Below, one piece after another: positions 58,650 through 64,000 of a DNA stretch of 64,000 bases (within the stretch, counting starts at the first letter, position 1; each line of letters opens with the position of its first letter). Under the pieces are notes generated by a model. It made no database searches. It had not been told where the DNA came from and was given only the letters and a program-made list of their open reading frames with translations. Source of the DNA: Algibacter sp. (GTDB taxonomy: Bacteria; Bacteroidota; Bacteroidia; Flavobacteriales; Flavobacteriaceae); the NCBI GenBank assembly GCA_039985655.1, contig JBDWSF010000002.1, forward strand, positions 54,047 through 118,046. The letters are read 5' to 3'. The position numbers were made by a program, and so were the translations under genes.

Positions 58650-61600
58650 TGGATTTAGAACAATTAAACGAAGCGCTTAAAGCTCACGAATTAGAATTGG
58701 TAATCGGAATTGAAACTCATGTCCGTTTAAATACCAAAACCAAATTATTTTGTTCTTGTCCAAATCAAGAAATTGATACACCTAACGAAAATATCTGTTC
58801 GGTGTGTACGGGACAAATGGGTGTTTTACCGTCTATTAATAAAGAAGCGATTACAAAGGCGATTTATTTTGGTAAAGCTGTTAAATCGACTTTTGAAAAC
58901 GAGACTATTTCTTGGGATCGTAAACATTACGAATATCCAGACAATCCGAAAAACATACAAATTACGCAGTTTCATAATCCTGTGATTCCTGACGGACAAG
59001 TCTCTTGTTACCGTAATGATGGGTCTCAGTTTACTGTAAACCTAACGCAGGTTCATATCGAAGAAGATGCTGCTAAATTAATGCACGAAAAGAAAACCTC
59101 TTTAGTCGATTTTAATAAAGCAGGCGTACCGCTTATTGAAATCGTTACAGAACCTTGTATTCGTCATATCGAAGATGCATCAACCTATGCACAATACATT
59201 CAGCGTATAGTCCAAAATTTAAAAATATCTGAGGCTAACCTTGAAAAAGGAGAGTTTAAATCGGATGTTTCTGTATCGCTTCGTAAAAAGCATACTTACG
59301 AATTAAATCCACGTACCGAAATTAAAAACTTAAACTCGTTTAAGTTTATGGTGGATGCTTTAAAAGAAGAAATTGAGAAACAATTAAACTACTTTTTAGA
59401 GCACAAAGAATTTAGACAAGACCAAACCACGGTTTTATGGGATGCTGAATTGAAGCAAACCAAAACCATGCGTAAAAAAGAATTTGAAGCGGATTACCGT
59501 TTTATTTCTGAACCAGATTTGCCTTTCGTAAATATTAAAGATGTTGTGGAGTCTATTGATGTCGATTTAAGCACGCTGCCTTACGCCGTTGAATCTATTT
59601 TAATTAAAGGAGGTGTATTACCGCAAGATGCTAAATTCTTTACTGCAGATTCGTTACGTTCGGAAACTTTTGTAGCTATAAATAACGAAATTAGAGATCC
59701 ATCTTTTGTTGCTAAAACATTAGTAAATAATATTGGTGCTGATGATTATGCCGATATACATAGAATAGAACATCTTATTGAAATATTCCAACTTTTTAAA
59801 GATGAAAAAATAACATCGGTTTTAGTTCAAAACGCCATTACTTCATATTTAAAAGATAGAAGTTTTGATTACAATAAATATTTTGAAGACAACACCATTT
59901 CTGAATCTCAGATTGGAGATGCTATTCAAAAAGTAATTTCAGAAAATGAAGCCGTTGCTAATGACATCAAAGGCGGCAACCAAGGAAAAGCAGGTATTCT
60001 TGTTGGGAAAGTGATTGCTATTATTGGTAAAGGTGCTTCAGGAAAAGTGATTCGTCAAGGGATTTTGGATGCGCTTGCCGGAAAAGAAGTTGGAAGCACG
60101 AAAAACGAAGCGAGCAACAGTGGCGAGCAAAAAGCAAAAGGCCAAGAGCCAAGAGCCAATGAAGAAGAAATACTTCCAGAGATTCCATTAATCATTAAAG
60201 AAGAATATCGAACACATAAAATATCCGATTTATCGGAAAGCTCAATTTCAGAAACAGTAACGCTTGCCGGTTGGGTATCTAGTGTACGTGATCATGGTGA
60301 ATTGATGTTTATTGATTTACGAGATTCTAGTAACGAGATTTTTCAAGTCCGATTAAGTAGAGAGTCTTTTGCTAATCTAGACGATCTTGTAAAGTTAAAA
60401 CCAGAATCGGTAATTACCGTTACAGGAACCGTTGTACAGCGTAAAGAAGACGATTATAATGCATCGCTTCGCGCAGGAACGATAGAATTAGAAACCTCTG
60501 ATTTAGATATCTTAAACCTATCTAAAACCTTGCCTTTCGAAATTAAAAGAGCAACAAAAACAAATGAATCTGTACGTTTTCAATATAAATATCTAGATCA
60601 TAGAAATGATGATGTTCGTAGAGCCATGATCAATCGTCACAAAGTGATTAAATTGATGCGTGATATTTTAGACGATCAAGAATTTATAGAAGTAGAAACA
60701 CCAATATTAACTGCTGGTACTGATGAAGGTGCTAGAGAATTTATTGTACCTACGCGTAAAAAAGCGGGATCTTTCTATACATTACCACAAGCACCTCAAC
60801 AATTCAAACAAATTTTGATGGTGTCTGGGTATGAGAAATATTTCCAAATAGCGCGTTGTTTTAGAGATGAAGATTCTCGTGGCGATCGTCAACCAGAATT
60901 CACACAATTAGATATTGAAATGGCGTACGCCAGTATGCAACAAATTATAGATTTGAACACCACCATGTTCAATGACATTGTTAAGAAAATATACGGCAAA
61001 AAATGGATTTTACATCCGTTTGAAGTCATTACCTATAAAGATGCGATGGATAAATATGGTTGTGATAGACCAGATTTACGTTTCGGATTACAAATGCAAG
61101 ACATTACTGAAATTGTAAAAGAAACAACCTTCCAAGTATTTAGTAAACCTATAGACGATGGTGGAATTGTAAAATGCATCAAAGTATCCAAAGAGGAACA
61201 AGGTAAAAAGCGTTTATCTAAAGGTCAGATTGAAAAATTGACAGCTACGGCACAACAACATGGCTTAGGTGGTTTAGCTTATATTATTGTTAATGAAAAC
61301 GATTTACAATCACCAATCATTAAATTTTTAGGTGAAGACATTGCTTCTGGAATTATTACTGCAACAAACGCGCAAGTTGGAGATATTGTATTCTTTTCTG
61401 CTGCCGATTATGACACAGCTAATAAAGCGTTAGATGCTGTTAGACAAGAATTAGGTGCGATGCTTAGATTAATTAATCCAAAGGAGTTAAGACCTGCTTG
61501 GGTTGTAGATTTCCCAATGTTTGAAAAAACAGACGAAGGCCGTTGGACATTTACTCATAATCCGTTCTCTATGCCTGCAACATATGATATTGATAAACAT

Positions 61601-61987
61601 ATGAATGGTAAAGAAGACGAAATAGGAAGTATAATCGCGCAACAATACGATTTAATATTAAACGGTTTCGAAATTGGTGGAGGTTCTGTCCGTGCTCACA
61701 AACCTGAAATTCTTGAAGCGACCTATAAGAATATGGGTTACAATAAAGCGGAGATGCTTAGAAGTGTTGGTACCATGTACGAAGCATTCCATTACGGCGC
61801 ACCACCACACGGGGGTATTGCTTGGGGTGTAGATCGATTAATGATGATTTTAGAGAAAAAAGCATCTATTAGAGAAGTGATGGCTTTCCCAAAAACTGGA
61901 ACTAGTGAAGATTTATTATTTGGCTCTCCTTCACCGCTCTCAGATAAAAAAATTGAAGAAATGAATGTTAGAGTGATTAGAAAATAG
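58649..61987 (+). CDS. fusion protein: GatB-like amidotransferase subunit (about aa 1-475) + linker + complete bacterial-type aspartyl-tRNA synthetase (about aa 520-1112)
   Basis: The GatB blocks are VIGIETHVRLNT.TKLFC, DRKHYEYPDNPKNIQITQ, HIEEDAAK, GVPLIEIVTEP, EIKNLNSF, ADYRFISEPDLP and a YqeY-like tail. A low-complexity linker follows (GSTKNEASNSGEQKAKGQEPRANEEE). The AspRS blocks are the OB-fold (LAGWVSSVRDHGELMFIDLRD), QAPQQFKQ, motif 2 (FQIARCFRDEDSRGDRQPEFTQLDIEM), a GAD insertion and motif 3 (GGGSVRAH ... GIAWGVDRL). It is one uninterrupted 1112-codon frame. Confidence 0.9.
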   Translation: MDLEQLNEALKAHELELVIGIETHVRLNTKTKLFCSCPNQEIDTPNENICSVCTGQMGVLPSINKEAITKAIYFGKAVKSTFENETISWDRKHYEYPDNPKNIQITQFHNPVIPDGQVSCYRNDGSQFTVNLTQVHIEEDAAKLMHEKKTSLVDFNKAGVPLIEIVTEPCIRHIEDASTYAQYIQRIVQNLKISEANLEKGEFKSDVSVSLRKKHTYELNPRTEIKNLNSFKFMVDALKEEIEKQLNYFLEHKEFRQDQTTVLWDAELKQTKTMRKKEFEADYRFISEPDLPFVNIKDVVESIDVDLSTLPYAVESILIKGGVLPQDAKFFTADSLRSETFVAINNEIRDPSFVAKTLVNNIGADDYADIHRIEHLIEIFQLFKDEKITSVLVQNAITSYLKDRSFDYNKYFEDNTISESQIGDAIQKVISENEAVANDIKGGNQGKAGILVGKVIAIIGKGASGKVIRQGILDALAGKEVGSTKNEASNSGEQKAKGQEPRANEEEILPEIPLIIKEEYRTHKISDLSESSISETVTLAGWVSSVRDHGELMFIDLRDSSNEIFQVRLSRESFANLDDLVKLKPESVITVTGTVVQRKEDDYNASLRAGTIELETSDLDILNLSKTLPFEIKRATKTNESVRFQYKYLDHRNDDVRRAMINRHKVIKLMRDILDDQEFIEVETPILTAGTDEGAREFIVPTRKKAGSFYTLPQAPQQFKQILMVSGYEKYFQIARCFRDEDSRGDRQPEFTQLDIEMAYASMQQIIDLNTTMFNDIVKKIYGKKWILHPFEVITYKDAMDKYGCDRPDLRFGLQMQDITEIVKETTFQVFSKPIDDGGIVKCIKVSKEEQGKKRLSKGQIEKLTATAQQHGLGGLAYIIVNENDLQSPIIKFLGEDIASGIITATNAQVGDIVFFSAADYDTANKALDAVRQELGAMLRLINPKELRPAWVVDFPMFEKTDEGRWTFTHNPFSMPATYDIDKHMNGKEDEIGSIIAQQYDLILNGFEIGGGSVRAHKPEILEATYKNMGYNKAEMLRSVGTMYEAFHYGAPPHGGIAWGVDRLMMILEKKASIREVMAFPKTGTSEDLLFGSPSPLSDKKIEEMNVRVIRK

Positions 61988-62012
61988 ATATATTTCTCTT
62001 ATAAAAAACAAA

Positions 62013-62041
62013 AGCTTCAGATCACTCTGGAGTTTTTTGTT
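62013..62041 (+). terminator. probable intrinsic terminator after the gatB-aspS fusion gene
   Basis: AGCTTCAG-loop-CTGGAGTT forms a stem with one G-U pair, followed by a T-run (TTTTTTGTTTT). Confidence 0.55.
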
Positions 62042-62094
62042 TTATAAATATAATTAAATACATAAAGCTAGAGGTTAATCTATACCTTCTCAGT

Positions 62095-62451
62095 TCACTT
62101 TTCCTTACTTGTTTCTTCTTCTTCCGACATATAATACAAACGCTTCAAACTTTTTTTAAGTAGCGTAAACCGATATAATCCAATAACAAAAAATACCACA
62201 CAAAATATTAGGGATACTAATGCTAAATATTTAAAATTTGGAAAATCTTTAAGTTGAAAAAAACCAATACTCCCTAATAATAAATATAAAGACGAACGAA
62301 TATAGGATAGTAATGTACGCTCGTTAGCCAAACGTGTTCGTTCTATAGCTAAGTAATCTCTTAAAATAATTTGTTTATCTGGCTTAAAATCTCGTCCAAA
62401 AGGCAAAAGCTTCATCTTCTTCATTTTTAATTCATTATAAAAATACATCAT
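62095..62451 (-). CDS. DUF202 (YidH-like) membrane protein
   Basis: It has RDYLAIERTRLANERTLLSYIR followed by two TM helices. The true start is probably an internal Met (MKKMKLL). Confidence 0.7.
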   Translation of the reverse strand: MMYFYNELKMKKMKLLPFGRDFKPDKQIILRDYLAIERTRLANERTLLSYIRSSLYLLLGSIGFFQLKDFPNFKYLALVSLIFCVVFFVIGLYRFTLLKKSLKRLYYMSEEEETSKEK

Positions 62452-62603
62452 TTATTTTGAAGCTTGAATCATTTTAAGGTTTACTAGGTTTAAAAATATT
62501 TCAAATTAAAAATGTAAACTTTAACAGTCTACTCCGACTTTTATAAAAACTTTAAGACTATTTCAGCTTAAATTTAAACAATCAAAAACATTAAAACTTA
62601 AAC

Positions 62604-63131
62604 ATGAAAAAATCAACACTTATTTCAACAATCGCTTTTGCATTTATTATGCTTTTAACTTTAAACGTAAATGCACAGAAATTTGCAAAAATGGACAAAA
62701 GCCCGCTGGATGCAGCTATCTACAGAACATCTAGAGAAACGCCTGCCATCGCTAAAGTTATTTATAGCAGACCACAACTTAAAGACAGAGCAGTTAGTAA
62801 ATTAGCTCCTAATGCAGAAGTTTGGAGAACTGGCGCGAATGAAGCACCAACTATCACTTTATATAATGATATGAAAATTGGAGGAAAGTCTGTTAGTGCA
62901 GGTGAGTATTCCCTTTTCACTATTCCTGGTGAAAAAGAATGGACAATTATTTTAAACAAAGATGTTAATGTTTGGGGTGCATATTCTTATAAGGAGGCTA
63001 ATGATGTTATTAGAGTTAATGCTCCTGTTAGTTCTGGAGATGCTTTAGAAGCATTTTCTATCGCTTTTACAGAAGGTAATATGCATTTAGGTTGGGGAAC
63101 TGTAAGAGTTACAGTGCCTTTTACTAAATAG
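62604..63131 (+). CDS. DUF2911-like exported protein
   Basis: 175 aa with a signal peptide. The VWRTGANEAPTITL ... YSLFTIPGEKEWTIILNK pattern is recalled from DUF2911 proteins. Confidence 0.6.
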   Translation: MKKSTLISTIAFAFIMLLTLNVNAQKFAKMDKSPLDAAIYRTSRETPAIAKVIYSRPQLKDRAVSKLAPNAEVWRTGANEAPTITLYNDMKIGGKSVSAGEYSLFTIPGEKEWTIILNKDVNVWGAYSYKEANDVIRVNAPVSSGDALEAFSIAFTEGNMHLGWGTVRVTVPFTK

Positions 63132-63155
63132 TCATTTATAACACGAAACACTTTA

Positions 63156-63200
63156 AAAAAGACCATCTAAAACTTAAGTTTTAGATGGTCTTTTTTTTTT
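63156..63200 (+). terminator. strong intrinsic (bidirectional) terminator
   Basis: GACCATCTAAAAC (63161-63173) and GTTTTAGATGGTC (63178-63190) form a perfect 13-bp stem. Six A lie upstream and ten T lie downstream. Confidence 0.9.
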
Positions 63201-63375
63201 AAAATTCCTCTGTAATAATTCAATATTTTTTTACGTAACAAGTATTTGTACTTAGCTTGATTTAAATTGAGTTGAGCCGTATCCATATTATTTTTACTTG
63301 TGATATAATCTATAATATTTGAAACGCCATTATTAAATCGGACTTCATTAATACGATAAGATTCTTGAAAGGCAT
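63196..63375 (-). pseudogene. 3' fragment of a TolC-family outer-membrane efflux protein gene
   Basis: The minus-strand translation is DAFQESYRINEVRFNNGVSNIIDYITSKNNMDTAQLNLNQAKYKYLLRKKILNYYRGI, which fits the last helical repeat of TolC-like proteins. No upstream part is present. Confidence 0.5.
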
Positions 63376-63734
63376 CTACTTATTCAGTCCGAAATATGGA
63401 GTTGACGAATCGGGGTTAATATCAATATCTATCACAAATTGGATTCGAGTATCTAGATTATTTTTTTCTTTAGTCGGTTTATAACGCCTATTTTAAGTTC
63501 AAAAAATTCAATTATATTTTTTAAATATTTTTCCAAATCAATTTCATCACCTGCATCTATTCGATATATTCAAGCAGTTGATTTTGGTACAGGTTCTTTC
63601 TTTATCATAACAGAAGTTGGTTGAATATTTAACTCCTCCGTTATCTTTTCAGTATCGAAATATTCTCCATCGAATGAGAAATACAAGTAGTTATTACATT
63701 TACTTCCGCTACATGTTAACTTTTCGTAAGTCAT
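63376..63734 (-). pseudogene. DUF4279-like gene with an internal TGA stop
   Basis: The translation is MTYEKLTCSGSKCNNYLYFSFDGEYFDTEKITEELNIQPTSVMIKKEPVPKSTA*IYRIDAGDEIDLEKYLKNIIEFFELK... The ITEELNIQPT... pattern resembles DUF4279, and the stop falls where a Trp is expected. Confidence 0.45.
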
Positions 63735-63754
63735 TTTGTTTTAATTGTACACTA

Positions 63755-64000
63755 CTAAGGAATATTCAAATATTTATGAGTCTGTAGTGAAATTTTCCAT
63801 TTCGGGTTCGCCATCACATAATCTACAATTTCGGGCACCACTTTATCACGCTTGCTCCACTCGGGTTGCAAGTATAAAATACAATCTTTATTAACTTTTG
63901 CAGCTTGTTCTTCCGCGAAGCGAAAATCGTCTTTATTATAAACAATCACTTTAAGCTCATGGGCATTTTCATAAACCGCTTGAGTAGGAAGCTTCAATTT
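63755..64000 (-). CDS. queE: 7-carboxy-7-deazaguanine synthase QueE, C-terminal part (5' end outside the window)
   Basis: The frame is open to the window edge, and the listed start is only a TTG. The C-terminus ...LYLQPEWS...ANPKWKISLQTHKYLNIP matches the QueE tail. Confidence 0.8.
   Translation of the reverse strand, partial: KLKLPTQAVYENAHELKVIVYNKDDFRFAEEQAAKVNKDCILYLQPEWSKRDKVVPEIVDYVMANPKWKISLQTHKYLNIP

Overview
The window is a low-GC chromosomal segment that looks like Flavobacteriia (Bacteroidota). This call rests on gene content, TTG/TAnnTTTG-type promoters, a T9SS C-terminal sorting domain and typical flavobacterial palindromic intergenic repeats. It includes dnaA and, about 50 kb away, gyrB.

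Most of the window is densely packed housekeeping genes: dnaA, mltG, dapF, htrA, gap, dnaJ-grpE, ilvE, lysA, sucC, secDF, mdh, gyrB and queE. I saw no rRNA genes, tRNA genes or CRISPR arrays.

The accessory and decayed material is as follows:
- Two decayed IS110-family copies lie in inverted orientation at about 11.8-12.9 kb and 30.1-31.0 kb.
- An IS630-family element is inserted, with a TA duplication, into an IS1182-like transposase fragment at 45.1-46.6 kb.
- Gene relics lie at 56.2-56.4 kb and 63.2-63.7 kb.
- An AT-rich orphan gene for a 545-aa protein with a C-terminal T5orf172 (GIY-YIG-like) domain lies at 20.4-22.0 kb.
- A 72-nt promoter-plus-hairpin repeat occurs twice, upstream of two accessory genes.

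The most interesting locus is 56.8-62.0 kb. It is a tightly coupled gatC-like/gatA/gatB operon in which GatB is fused in frame to a complete bacterial-type aspartyl-tRNA synthetase (1112 aa). This would be a single-polypeptide version of the indirect Asn-tRNA(Asn) pathway. The operon is preceded by a 15-codon leader ORF (MINNNNTNNFNNPNC, 9 Asn codons). A mutually exclusive antiterminator/terminator pair follows the leader ORF. Together these form a candidate Asn-sensing, ribosome-mediated attenuator.

All functional calls come from reading the translated ORFs and recognising motifs. No database search was run.
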